Shown here in pieces: positions 49,813 to 63,865 of a stretch of DNA of 64,000 nt (the first letter of the stretch is position 1; every line of letters starts with the position of its first letter). The position numbers and the translations under genes were made by a program. The stretch spans positions 73,904,001 through 73,968,000 of the forward strand of contig OZ241830.1 of assembly GCA_965202585.1 (NCBI GenBank), written 5' to 3'. The notes beneath the pieces are model-generated. The model worked only from the letters and a program-made list of their open reading frames with translations. It was not told where the DNA came from and searched no databases. The stretch is from Thalia democratica. Its lineage: Eukaryota.

Positions 49813-49918
49813 CAAAAAGTAAGCTTTCAAAATGATTGGTCCTAGGACCTGATGTACAAAAAACATTTTGGTTATTGAGTTGTACACTACTTGGCTACAG
49901 TTTAACTTCTTGTTCAGG
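49813..49918 (-). mobile_element. SINE-like repeat, copy 7 (CpG-decayed)
   Basis: ggtcctaggacctgatgtaca..ggttattgagttgtacactacttgg. Confidence 0.65.
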
Positions 49919-49926
49919 GCTTAAAG

Positions 49927-50284
49927 CAGGGTTGTCAAAAAACAAGGAATCCTGAAAATTGAAAAATAAAATGCAAAAAAAAACCTAGAGTTTGAGACAT
50001 TTAATTTTTTTTGTAAAACCTGGAATTTTAAACTACTTTACATGTTAAGTATTGAAGTTTTGTTTGGATACAAAAAGTCTATCAAAAAACAAAATATTTT
50101 TGTTTTGTTTAGAATTTTATTTAAAAATAATCAAGTAGTCTTACATTATCTTTTCAATGTTGTTATTATTATTTAAGACAGTTTTTCTTTACATTAAATT
50201 TATTTTTTCCATAAACTGACAAAAAAACTTTTTCTTTAAATAAAAAGCTTGGAAGATGTTCAAAAAAAACATTTGGCAACCCTG
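49927..50284. mobile_element. hAT-like MITE
   Basis: TIRs cagggttgtcaaa / tttggcaaccctg; no TSD recognisable. Confidence 0.6.
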
Positions 50285-52323
50285 TTACATAAAAGTGGTA
50301 TTTTTTAATTAGTTTTGACATTGATGTACCCATATCCAAAAAAAAAATGTTTTTGTTATAGTTAAATGACTTGCTATTTAATAAATATTTTTTATTATTT
50401 AAAAATACATATTAAAATACACAGTAATATCAACATTTTTCTTGGGATAACTACAAGTTTTTGGCTAGCCAAAGTTAAATGTAATTTTCTTTCTAAAATT
50501 ATGTTTTTTAATTTTAGTAAAATACAAATGTTTATAAAAAACATAAATTTTTACACATAGTTTTATTTCAAGTTTAACCAAATGTCTTCTTGCATATTTA
50601 TATTAAAAAAAAGTTACAGATTTTATTCAAACTGATGATGTCATTTGATTTATTTCAAATGAGTGAAACATTGTTTTGTTAATTAAGTTTAAAAACTTGA
50701 ATTGAACGTTTTCCTTATAATTTAGTTGAGAACTTTTATTATTGTGATCTATAAAGTAAAAAGTAGACAAATACAGAAGTAATAGTTTATCATTACGAAG
50801 TTGAATATTTTAAGAAATGATTTTGAAGATAATTATTTTTTGTTAAAATTTTTTGTAAAATAGTATGAAACTCTTACTTTAATGGTTAGGAATTAGTAAA
50901 AAGATTAGAAAGTACTAAAAATTTAAAAAGTTTATTTAGTAATCTAAAAGTTTGACAAACCTCTTAAAAATCTTTTGGTAAGAAAATTCATTATGTTTCA
51001 TAGTTTTGATTTAAAATTTTTGTACTGTATGTTTAATTAATTGAAAATTTATTTTATGTAGGATAGACAGCAATAGCTTTTACAGACTGTTTTTTAAATT
51101 CAATTTTTAATTTAAAAAAATTTAATAAAAAAATGGTGCTCTCTCCACAATTAAATATACATTATTAAGTTTTAAAAAAAATTACTGCAATCAATACTAT
51201 AAAACATATCACTACTAATTTCAACAAAGTCATAAAGTTTATTGTTCTAATTATCAATGTTTTATTATGTTTTTTGATTGTTGCTTAATGCAACAAACAT
51301 TTATGTCTAATTATAGAATTCTTCAGTAAGATTTAACTTTATTATTTGTCTAATTGTGTTGCAGTTCAGAACTAAAAAATAGTTAAAGAAAGTGTTTAAT
51401 TTAGTATAAGAAATCTGTTTAAATGCAATACTGTAAATTGATAAATAATTTACAAAGTTACAAATACTATCACTGCAATTGAAGTTGTCTACTTTTGTCT
51501 TAAAATGATTTTTTAAGTAGTTTGCACACATAGAGAGTTATGATTAATACTTTTTTATAGTTTATTAATTCAATCCTGTGTGAAGGAATATTACATTGTA
51601 ACACAAGTGCAAAAATATTTTTCTTTATAAACAAATATATTATTTATTTGGTTAATTTTTATTTGTTACAAAGTAGCACACTTCGTATGTCAACAGTAGA
51701 TTATCTCAAACAGAAGTTTTATTTTTGCATCTAATCTTTTGATAAGTTTAAAAATTTTTACATAAATTAACAATTTATTTATTTACATCAAAATATTTCA
51801 TTCTTAAGTATTTATAAATAGTGTTTTAAACTTAATTTATTATGTTCTTTTAATTAGAAAAAGTCAAGTTATATTTTTTAAAATTCTTTCTAGAAACATC
51901 TCTACAGCAACCATCAAGGTTTCGTTAAAAGTTATAAAACTATATTGTTGGTAAAATCTAGTTATCTGAAAAACAAGAAATACGTTAAAGTAAGAGGAAG
52001 TTAAAAAAAAACATTAAAGCAATATAGTGACTGTATACACTTTAACATCTTAACTTTTAAAATATTACTAAATAAAAACAGTATAAACATTCACTTATCA
52101 AACATTTTTTTAACATAATAAGAAAATTAAAATGTAAATTTTTCTTTACATTTTTAAATATAAAAAATGAAGTAAGAAGTAAAAATAACCTATAGATAGT
52201 TTTTAGCCTTCAAGTAAAGTATATTTGACAATTTTTACTTTTATTTTTTTTAAACTAATATAAGAGATTGACTAAATTTAAAGACATTTATAAACTTTTA
52301 GAAAATTTTAACCACCATAAACT

Positions 52324-55300
52324 ATGTTTATTCAGATGTTAATAGCAAGTTTAGTATGTCTAGCCTCGCAAAGTGACCCCGTCAAAGAAATCAACAATTG
52401 CCCACCATCTGATGTCCACAGTGGCAGCCCCTGTTACCATGGAGACAGTGAAGGTTTTGCCAAGCAACTGGCAAACTGGAACAACCCCCTATTTTTCTAT
52501 GCAATTTTAAGCGCTTTTATTGTTGGAATGACCGGAATAGTGCCTCTTTTTTTTCTTTCAAATTTGAAAATAAACAAAGATATTGGAAAAGGTTAGTTTT
52601 AACTTACCTAAATTGTGTATAAAAGTAATAAATAACTTAATTTTGGTGTAGTTGAACTTTACCAGGACAAGGTGTGTTGTTAATTGAAAAATAAATGATA
52701 CCATTTTTTTCAAATGTTTTATTACTATTTATAATTTTGTAAAAATTTTTATGACAAATGACAACTTAATTAGACACATTTTTTTTTAATTTAAGGTAAA
52801 AACATAATACTGAATCGCTTGCTGAGTTTTGGGCTGGGAAGTATGCTTGGCGATGTGTTCCTTCATCTGCTGCCTGAATCCTGGATACTGTGTTAGTTTG
52901 TTAATAAATATCAGTAATAATTAGTATGTGTTCAAGTTAGTAGGATCATTACTTTTTAAACTCTAGTCTTTATATTAAAATAATTTTAAACAGTTTAATT
53001 AATCTTGTTTTATAAGCATTTTAAACCCATTTTTTAGCATCATAACCTTACTAATTAGACATATTTGAATTCTTTTTATTAATATAATTTTTGAACTATA
53101 TTTGAGATGACAGTCCTTGAAAATTTATATAAGAGTTTGAATTTTCATGCAATCAAGTTTGTAGCCATGTATGTTTCTACTACTTAGTTTTTTTTTGTTA
53201 TGTTAAGGATGTCTTCAAACTTTTCACAAAATTTGCTTGAGTTGTAAAAAGTAAATGTAAGTTCTGTACATAGTATATTTCAAAAATATAAGTTTTTATT
53301 AGAATTAATTTTCTTTTTTATAAAATATACTCAATGTATTGAAAATGTGAAAATGTCATTAAAGATTTATTGTTTTGTTTTATTAAATTTCCTGTGCACA
53401 CTACTGTGCACACGTGCACTTTGTGGACACTACTTGTTTAAAGTTCTATTTTTAATTATTATCTTACTTTCAGTTGATTCTAAGTTTAAACCTGTCGAGA
53501 ACAAATGTAGTTTGTTTTATTATAATAATATTTTATTGTACTTTATTGTAATTTATAACTTTTATTTATAATAATTATCTTATTCTTTTTATATTACAGA
53601 CAGTGGAAATAATATAGCAACAAATGGTTTGTATGTGCTTATTGGTCTCATTTCCTTCTTTGTGCTTGAGAAAATTTTCACTTACCTTGATGAAATTAAA
53701 CAAGTTGATTCTGAAACTGTTAGTTTTACTTTGATATAACATGAGTTTTTGTGTAGTTAGATTTATTTCTAATGTAGCAGGTTTGACATCGTTTTCTTTG
53801 CTGTTTTTTTTCAGATCTTAAAATTAATATTAAAGCTAAATAATCTACATAGCAGACTGACTGCATAAAAATAACGTTTATAGAAGGAATTATTAGACAT
53901 TTTGCAGCAAAATATCCTTTATGTTTTATAATATTTTGGTTAGTATGAAAAAAGAAAAAAATTACTTTTATATACTAGTAAATTTAATTAATTTTTAAAA
54001 CATTTTTCCATTTTTTTGTAATTAAACTATAAATTAAATTACAAAATTAAAGGGTTATAAATACTTTTTTGATTTTTCTTTTGATTTTTCTAAAACTTCA
54101 AAGTGTGTTTGTGTTGTAAGTAAAGATTAACTGTCTTTTAGACTAGTAATACCAATTTAAACAACAACTGTGAAGAAAAAAGCTTATATGAAATACCTAA
54201 GAGCAAAATTGAAAAATCACAAAAAGAAAATTCTTCTGCTAATATACAGGTTGTTTAGAAAATAGCTATAAAAGCAGTTAACAATTTGTATATATTTTTC
54301 TTTTACTTTAACGAAAAATTGGATAATTAATTTGGACAAGTAAATGAATTTAAGTTACAACCTAATATTTTTTTTAGAACTGATTTCTATTTATGTATGC
54401 TATTTACTAAGTTTTATTTTCGTAAAAAAATATTTTATAAAGTAGCTAATCTAAAACAGTAATGTGAAAAAAACATTTTAGATACATATTAAAACTATTA
54501 AATAAATTTTAGAAAAAAAATCAATAGTTATAAATAAACAACTATATAGATTTAATGTTCATAGCTTAGATTAAATATTTTTACTGGAAAACTTGTGCTA
54601 ATTTTTATAAAAAATTTTAAATTGGCTAAACATCTAAAGTATATATTGTTTTAAGTAGTCCTATACTTTTTTTACAGTTATTATGAAATAAATGTTGTGT
54701 TATACTGTTTATAAACTTAAAAGCTTGGCTTTTCACCAAGTTCAAAAAAAATAAACAACGCTATTTTCAAAATATTTTACGATAAATTTCGACCACATTG
54801 TAAATTACGGAAAACATGTTTACTTAAAATGGACATATAAACAAAACAATATTTACTCAAACTGGACAACTGTCACTAATTTTTTATTACACCCAATCAT
54901 AATTATATATATTTTAGCTAGCTTAAATAAAAAGTACCGGCAAATGTAAACGTTTTGTTTGTTTACTCTCAAACTGACCATTGAAAAGTCCAAAGTATAT
55001 TTTGTAACTTCCATTTGCAAACAATTTGCTTGAATACTTTGCTAATCAAAGTCGATGATATTTGTTATGTTTACTTACTTTGCATTTAAAGTATTGAAGA
55101 ATTTTTAATGTTTTAAATTGTGCTCAAGTGTAAAACCTTTTAACTAAGTCGTAACAACAAAAGTAAATATATTTGTTTTATATGTTTATGGTGCATTTAA
55201 AATAATTTACTAAAATAAGTACTTTGAATAACCTAAATAATTTGTTATTGTATTACAAAAATCTTTTTACACTTCAGTATTTGTTTTATTAGTTATTACT

Positions 55301-58300
55301 GACTACTCTATTATGGTGCTTAAAACCATCAAAGCTTAATAGGTTTTGAACTTTACCACCTAGCTCTATAAAATTATTTTTTTTCTAAAGTATTTTCTTT
55401 AAATATTTTGACCTAAATTGTATTAGCCTAAAGACAAGATAGTATTTCAATAATAGCTCATTAAAAAAATCAAGCCAATCATTAAACAATTATATTACAT
55501 TTTTGAGTGTTGGTGTCATTCATTATTACTACTATATTTAAATCTTAACAATAGGCAAGTGGCTACATAAAATTACTATTAAGTTTAAAACTATCAAATT
55601 TTTAAAGATATTAAAAGATAATCACTTTATCAAAATTAAAAAAAAACAAAGTAAATTTCACTTCATCATAATTAAAACATAATTTGAAAAAAAAGATATT
55701 GTTGTTATTATTACTACTTTCCATTGTTGTTTTAGTATTTATATATATTCTTCTCAGGCAAGCGGTTACTTGAACTTACTGGCAAACGCGGTTGACAATT
55801 TCGCCCATGGACTAGCAGTTGGTTCTTCCTACTTGGTCAGTATCAGGGTCGGAGTTCTCACTACTGCAGCTATACTCATACACGAAATTCCTCATGAGGT
55901 AAGTTAGTTGTATACTTGATAGTATTTAATTGGAACATGTAGAATTGAGGGTAAAGATAAGTTGTAAAAAACTTATCATCTAAAAAATTTAATCTAAATC
56001 AGAAGTTCTCAAATTATCTTGCACAGTAAACTAGATAATAAAAAGTTCTATTCATTGCACACTGGGCAATTATATAATTTTTTTTTATGTTAAATATTAT
56101 TTCATAATTAGATAAATTTGTTAGTAAATACTATACCAAAACTAGTTAGGAAATATCAAAAATTATGTTTAGAAAACAAATTAAAATACGTCAAATACTT
56201 ATTTTGAAATTAATTTCCGTGCAAATTAAAATGTTTTCTATGTAATGCACACCACTTCCTTACTATAAGTGCACATTTTAAGAGAATCTATTTAAATTTT
56301 AATATTTTCTATCTATTGTTAAGCATTTTTCTTTATTACTAGCTTAATTTCTCTAAACTTATAAACACTTTTCTTTTATTTCCTGATATTTTAAATAGAT
56401 ATTTTGACTTATTATTCAAGATTACAATTTATTTAGGTCGGAGATTTTGCCATATTGCTGAAATCGGGGTTCAGTAAGATGCATGCAGCTAAGATGCAGT
56501 TGATCACAGCCAGTGGATCTGTGTTGGGTGCCATTACCGCTGTTTGCTATGGAGGTTGGTTTTTAATATTACAATAAGTTAGTTTACTTTTTATTAAGTT
56601 AAAAATTAACAGTACTAAACTGGCATCCAGGAAAATAATAACATATTTTTTGATTCATAATATTAGGAGTTTTTATAAAGTTTTTTGAATTAATTTATGA
56701 TAGTTGCATTTTTGATCCAAAGATTTTAACAGTTGTATTTGAACAAACAAACCGGTTTTATTTAAATAGTTATTTTTATGTTTATAACTTTTGTAGTTTT
56801 AATGTTAGAATTAATAACCCAACAGCTGAAAACACCAATTTCGTGCTTCCTTTCACATCGGGGGGTTTTATTTACATCGCGCTGAGCTCAATTGTTCCCG
56901 ATCTGATGGAGGAAGAATCTAAAAAGTTTGTTGACAGTTATTTAATATATCTACAGTTGTTACTTTATTCTTTTTTAATAGTACTTATTAGATTTTTTAT
57001 TCGAAAGTGAAAGTTCTTAAAAAAGTATTGAAAAGTTAAAGAATAATTTTACCCCTCATTACAATTATTTTATTATTAGTATAATTTTAAAGTTTAATAA
57101 CGTGTTGGTTTATTAAGATATTTATTGTTTTATTTTATCGTAATGTATACAACAGTCTAACTTAATTTGATAAATCCTCAGACTAACTTAGGTTAGTCAT
57201 CATTCTATTATAATAAGTTATAGTTTCGTATTGCTAAAAATTATTTCATTATGATACATTTAAGTATCTAAACTTTGTTATCAGTCTGTCTAGTGGCTAA
57301 AGCTATAAAATAGTTTAATTTTAATACTTTTATAGCTTTATCTATAAACTTTGGGAAGGTCAGGATATGATTTTTACTTCAAAGATGGACACTCTAGCTA
57401 AATTAATCTGAACTAAAAAAAATTAAATTTTTTGTTTCGTGTCTATCGTCAGAAAAAAATAATCGGAAAACAGAAAAATAATATCTTCAATTATTTGAGC
57501 TTATTTTAAAGTTTAATTGCCTTAGTTTTTTACACTTATCTTTTTAGGGCGTAGTAAGATGTATGTACAAAAGAATGACAAATTTTTACTTTACTATTAT
57601 AGTACAAAAATTTAAACATTTTTTTTGATATAGAATGATTAGTGCATTGCTTACCTTTACTAGGTAATTTTGTCTCGTTTTTTAAACCCGATTAACAGAA
57701 AAAGAACAAAGAAAATTATGTGTAGAAAATAAGATTTTGATTGCATATAACTTCCTTAATGATTATTTTATTGTGTTGCAAAAAATTTTATGACGTTGCA
57801 ATTTTTTACTTATTTAAAACAACTATTTTCTTTGTCTGATTTAAAAGAGACTTAAATATTTTGTTTTTGATAACTACATTAAACCTTTTACATTTTACTT
57901 AGTTTTAATAACATTGTTTAAGTTAACAGTACTTATTGCTATTTTGAATTAAAAATTTACTATTATTTTATAAGCAAAAAATAATTTAAAGAACTTTTTA
58001 AACGTTTATTTAAATTTTACAACTACATCATAAAAGTAAAAATTAAAATAGGTAATTTATGTGTCTTATTTCTAATATTGGACTTAACAGTTAAGTTGTT
58101 GAGGTTTTTATCAACAAATACTAGGTTTTGTAAGGTTAAAAATATATCAAAGAAGTATGGAAGTTTTTAACTTTACAAATAAAACAGTCTTTCACAATTA
58201 TACTTACTCTATAAGCTAAAGTTATTTAATTTTTTGGTTTAATGAGTATCTGCAACATTCAATTTGTTTTTAATAAGTTCTACTTTTTGTTTCTTATACT

Positions 58301-59871
58301 AGAGTAAAGTAAATGATTTTACTTGTTCCCAGTAAATTACTAATATAATATTCGATTATTTTAGTTATTATAGTACTTATGTTAATTTATTGTACTTTAT
58401 ATTGATATTTTTTATAAATTTTTATATTATAAAATTAAATAAAAGATATATACTTTTTAGTTTCCTTGTTTTATACAGTTTACACTTCAGGAAGTTTATA
58501 CTTTAAAAATCTTCAGTGTTACAACACAGAAACATTTTGTTAAATTTTCAAACTCTAGTAGGACTAGAGTTTGAAAATATTCTAGTAGTAAGGAAGCTAT
58601 TAAAATGCCAGCAAAACATTATGTCATAAAAAATATTTTTCTTGTGGCTAAAATATTTTATAAAGTTGTTAAACGCTATATTTCAACAATACTTTTTGAA
58701 TTAGTGTAAATCAGTACAATTCTTATGTGATTCGTGTTGTATCTGAAAACTTGCTGCTTAAACCTAATTAAATTAAAAAGCAACAAAAATTTAGTCAAAG
58801 CCTATTTTCGTAATACTATCCAATCTCTTTTTGACAAGAAAAAGGTTTTTATAAAATCAAACTATATCACACTTAAAAACTGTATAAGTTTATGTATTTT
58901 TCGGCTTATCTATAACTTGATTTGAACTAATTGTTAAGAAAAGTGTATATGTATAGTTTATTGAGTAAAACTTAGTTTTTATAAAAGTATTTTTTTCATA
59001 ATATATATAATTTATTAAACGCCTACGTTTAAAAATAATCTTAATCAAATAAAACTTAAAGCAAATTTAAATGGTTTTAATTATTTTGATGCTATAATCA
59101 GTTTGATTATATTCTTTAAAATGTCACACATTAATACAAACAAAGTAAGCAGTTATTGGTTAATTAATGATGTTATAAAATTCAAATACTCAGATAGAAA
59201 CTTTTACTAAAATTACTCTATAAATAAGGTTATTTAGATTTCTTAATAATCTGCTCTGCTATTAATTGTAAACATATTACATATCTAAATTTTGGTAGTT
59301 TTAGCTTTCTTTTTAAAGTATTTATAATACTTAGATTGTAAGCATAAACAATATTCTTGACTTAGAATCTGTCAGATTAACAATAAATTGATATTTTGTT
59401 GTTTACTTAATGAGAAGTTATATAAACTTGATTTTATAGGTGTTTGTACTTGTAAATTACACAAAGTATTCAATGTGCATTGAAAATTAGCAACAAATTT
59501 TTTCGGTAAATGAAATCATCGCTGTATTTATACTATTTAGAAAGTTTTAATTAATTTGTATGATAAAGATATAATTTATAAACTAAAAACACAAAAACAC
59601 TAAAGTTTAAATTACCAAATGCAGTCTAACACATATTAGGTCTATAATGCACAGACTTTCTTCTTCACAATGCCCATATATAATAATTTGCTTTTGTTAT
59701 TTAAAAATGATCGATCATAAAAAAAAATAAAGTAACTTTTTACTGTGTGTTTATCTTAATTCAACCTGGACTGAATTTTATACAAAATATTTTAACAGAG
59801 AATCTTTTATCCACATGCTTTGTATGTCATCCGCAATCCTGCTAATGAAGGCCATTTCGTTGCTAGACTGA
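52324..59871 (+). CDS. SLC39A13: LIV-1 subfamily ZIP metal transporter, ZIP13-like, ~340 aa
   Basis: Exons 52324-52591, 52796-52891, 53600-53718, 54142-54249, 55758-55898, 56437-56554, 56826-56925, 59799-59871; phases match, total 1023 nt. Motifs LGDVFLHLLPE, GYLNLLANAVDNFAHGLAV (DNF as in ZIP13, not HNF as in ZIP7), HEIPHEVGDFAILL, LPFTSGGFIYIAL. Confidence 0.92.
58544..58578. repeat. Perfect 16-bp inverted repeat with 3-nt loop
   Basis: attttcaaactctagt-agg-actagagtttgaaaat. Confidence 0.9.
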
Positions 59872-61748
59872 TTGTTACGTCATAGTGTGAGCTGTTCAGA
59901 TTATATGTAATTGGATTTGAAGTTAAAGTTTTACTGTATTTATCTAAAAATCAACAAGTATTGATTTATTGCATTATCAATTGTTACTGAAACTTTTGGA
60001 GCTTTAACCAACAACTGTAGTATTTAAAATATTAAGAATTTTACTCTAAATTTAAGATCAGAAAATTTATTTCAAGGCTTTAATCATTAACTGTATACTG
60101 TTTTAGTTTTTAAAAATATCAACATAAGTTTTTACTTAACTGCATTATTTATATTTAAAATTTATTTACTTTTAGGCAGCTAGTTTATTGTTGTTGCAGT
60201 CGTTGAACTAAATATAAAATGAGGAGATTTTAAGCCAGAAGCATTTAGCTCGTTTAAAAAATAAGAAATCATTGTGAATTTTGGATCTCATTTATTGCTT
60301 TATTTTTATCTGTTTAAATCATCAGATCGTTCATGTGCTATATATTTTTATATTGTTTTTGAGTGCTGTATTTCGTACAAGATTTTATTGCAATTCTAAA
60401 AAAAAATATTTTTTATTTCAAATGTTTTTATGAACTACTTTTAAAAATTGAATTTGTTTTTTTATTTGTTTCAAGTAATATGATGCCTCTTTTTATAAAA
60501 CTTCAAGATTGATATATAGCAAGTAAAATCTACTTAAATGATTTTTGTGTTTAAAAAAAAGATTAGTGTGTAGAAAAGTAAGTTACATGCTTTACAAAAA
60601 AACTATTGCATAAACATTTTAATATTTTTAAGTTAAATATTAACCTTATTGCAAAACACCAAAAGTTTTCATAAGCAGCTTCGAAGTATGAATTTGCTTG
60701 TTGGTTAAAACTTTTTATTATTTTCTAAAAACATTTAAGATTTTTATTGATTGTTATGCTTTTAAAAGTGTTTACTTAGCGACATTTGTAAATTAAAGCT
60801 GTTTTTATTAAAATTACATTACTTTTTTCATTAACCTAAATTTGCAAGTAATATAGTTTTATTACATAATAAACATTATGTTGCAAGTTATTTGAACTAT
60901 GACGTAACATTAAAAATATTCAGACGAGGTATAATCAGTTTCCGTATTTAATTGCTTTAGCTCTTCTTTTTAACTAAAGTTTATTATTGTTCAATTAGCT
61001 AAAAGCTGCTAACCAAAAACAATATGCGAAATTCTTAATTTTTAAATGTGTATAGCAGCAAAGATGTTTTTAATTTGAACGTTTGTTATTTAAAACTGTA
61101 TCAATGTTTACATTTGTTAAGATAGATGTTACCTCATTAAAAAAATCGCCGAAAGCTTATTTTTTGAGCTTATAGCTTACTAAAAGTTGCTTAATATTTT
61201 TATGTTAGCAATGCATTGTTTAAAAAGAATACTTAACTTTAGAGGTTCTTATATATTTTTTACAAGTGTTTTATTGCATTTACTTCTGTTTAAGTTTAGC
61301 CTTTTCTAGTCAAGAAAAATTTATTTTGTGATAACTAAAAATGTTTATTTATACATTGAAAATGTACACTTCATTATTTATTTTAAGATTGATGAAGTTT
61401 TGTTTGTTTTTAATGATTTCTGTTGCATTTTGCCTTTTATATTGCTCTAACTTGTAATAGTCAGCATTCAATATATTTTTCTAGTATAAAAATTGTTATA
61501 ACTTATTGTTTTTTACTTTGAATACTGCATTTTATTGCAGTTAAATTTGAAAAAAAAATTAGTCTTTATGACAGTTTTTTATTAAATAGTTTATAGTTAA
61601 AGGCATTTACAGTCTAAAAAGTCTAACATTAAAATAAGTTTTTTAGTTAAAGTTACAGATGTTCCTTATCTTGGAATAAACTATTAAAAGTAAAAATTGG
61701 TGTGTTTAATTATTTTTTAACACAGAATAGCAAATATTCAACTTAATA

Positions 61749-62660
61749 AAAAAACTAAATCAAGAGACATAAATTGCATACCAAATATTTACTAAGTCTA
61801 AATAACATTGTCAACTTTTTTTCTTTAATTGTTGAGCATAAAGTTAGATATAAATTAAATGTAAAAAATATCTTTCATTTTTCAAGATTAATACTTGTTA
61901 GAGTTACCAGTTTAAATATTCTCGCTTTTTTAGTTTAATTTTGTTAAACGTAGTTAAAACTGTTTACAAGATATTTTTTTAATTTAGGTATTTTTATACT
62001 CGTAGAAAATGCCTAACTTCAATGCTAAAAGTTTTTTTTTTGCATTTTCAATCAAATGTTTTAAACCTTGTTTATTCTTGTAATTATTAAAATATTCAAA
62101 AAATTAACATTTTGAGTAAAATACTGTACTTAGTATTATATTTAAGTCTATAGCAGTCAATTAACTACCTACAATTTTTTTCATGTTTACAGAGTATTGT
62201 AAAGTAGCTTATTCAAAAAACTAAACAAAGTTTACTAACTAACAGATATATAAATATATATATATTGTTTATTGAACGACCAAAAGCACTTAAAAAGTTT
62301 GATCCAACAACCTGGTTGCACAAAAAACCTTTCGGTTATTGAGTCACACACCAGAACGTTTAACGAACAGATAGGTTTAAATTTAAAAATATCACATATA
62401 ATAAGTAATATGAAAAAATATATATTAATAATCATTACAAGCCATTAAACTAACAATAATATTTAAGAGTAGCAAACATTCTTATAGTTAAAAAACTAAG
62501 TCAAGAGACAAAAATCATATTTAAAATATTTACAGAGTCTAAATAACCAGTTTTAGACTCTTTTTCTTGTATCGTTGAACATGAATTTAAGTTTAGGTTA
62601 AATAAAAAAAAAGCTTTTATTTTTCAAAATGATCACTTGTTTAAGTTACCACTCTTTTAG
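61749..62660. repeat. ~170-bp direct duplication (61749-61915 vs 62489-62660)
   Basis: aaaaactaa.tcaagagaca.aaat..aaatatttac..agtctaaataac..acttgtt..agttacca. Confidence 0.65.
62264..62363 (-). mobile_element. SINE-like repeat, copy 8
   Basis: tgtttattgaacgac..cctggttgcaca..cctttcggttattgagtcacacacca; TA-rich tail on the 3' side. Confidence 0.7.
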
Positions 62661-62663
62661 ATT

Positions 62664-62782
62664 ATTGTTTATTGAAAGAAAAAAAAAGCGCTCAAATATT
62701 TGGTCCAAGGACCTGGTGTACGAAAAAACCTTTCAGTTATCGAGTCTTACACCAGGATACGGTTTAAAGTCATATCCAGGAC
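62664..62782 (-). mobile_element. SINE-like repeat, copy 9 (full length)
   Basis: tgtttattgaa..agcgctcaaa..ggtccaaggacctggtgtacga..gttatcgagtc..ggatac..ccaggac. Confidence 0.8.
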
Positions 62783-63865
62783 ATCTTTTTTATCTTTAAA
62801 AAAACTTCTTGAATTCAATTTTGTTAAAAGGGTAAACTAACTACTAGATTTGTTTTTCATGTACTTTTTATACTTATAAAATATGACTATTTTTATTCTA
62901 GAATTCATATTTTTTTATTCTTTATCAAATATTTTGAATTTGTTAATTCTTGTATATAACTAAATGTTTACATAAACGTTATGTTGAGTAGATTAGAAAA
63001 ACTTAATATAGCACTTAATTTACAGTACCTAATCAGATAGTTACCAAACTATTTTATGCTTACAGAGTATTGGAAAGCAGTTTATTTCAAAACTTATAAA
63101 TTAACAGTTAAAGTTTGTAAAAAAAAATATTCAGATAAAATAACACGAAAAAAAGTTTCATTTAACCAGTAAAACTATTTAACTAACTGTATCATTATGA
63201 ATAGTTAATTCATTAAAAAACACACTAAAATACTAATTCAAGTTTAAAGTTACATAAAAACTTTACAACGTCAATTGTATAATGTAGATAAACTTATTAC
63301 CGATTAAAATTAGTTATCGTTTGCCTAAAAAATTTTTTTTCGATTTTGTAATGAGATGGAATAGTTTAATATATTAGTATACAAAATTATAAATATTAAT
63401 ACTATTATCTCTTTTTGTGATAATGATTGCTAGAAAAAACATTTTAGTTCTATAAATCTCATTTATTCATTTGCAGCTAGTTGTAAAAGTAGTCTTGATT
63501 AGATAGTAATTATTAATTTGTTGCAGACAATTTGTATATAAGTCGCAGAACTAGTTGAAACTTTTTATATAGTCTAGCAATCTTAAGTTATACACATAAT
63601 AAATTACATATCATTTTTTATTTTTGATCCTTTAAAGTTAGATTTTTTGCTACAATTGTTAGATTAAGCTTACTTTTTAGCTTTAACAAACGAATACAAA
63701 TGGTTCTCAACCTATAGAGTAGACTTTAGTATGTAATTAAAAATAAAGTTCTAGAAATAGTGTTATGGGATTAAAGAGGCTGTGTTGTAACATCTGTTTT
63801 AGTCATTTTTATACTCTTTAAATCACATATGTTTTAGAAAATTAATTTTTAGTTAATCATACAAA

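Noticed and set aside
3360-62435. The many 60-80 aa Lys/Ile/Phe/Leu-rich ORFs in the supplied track
   Set aside because: Composition mirrors AT-rich intron DNA; most start at TTG/GTG; no motifs or splice support.
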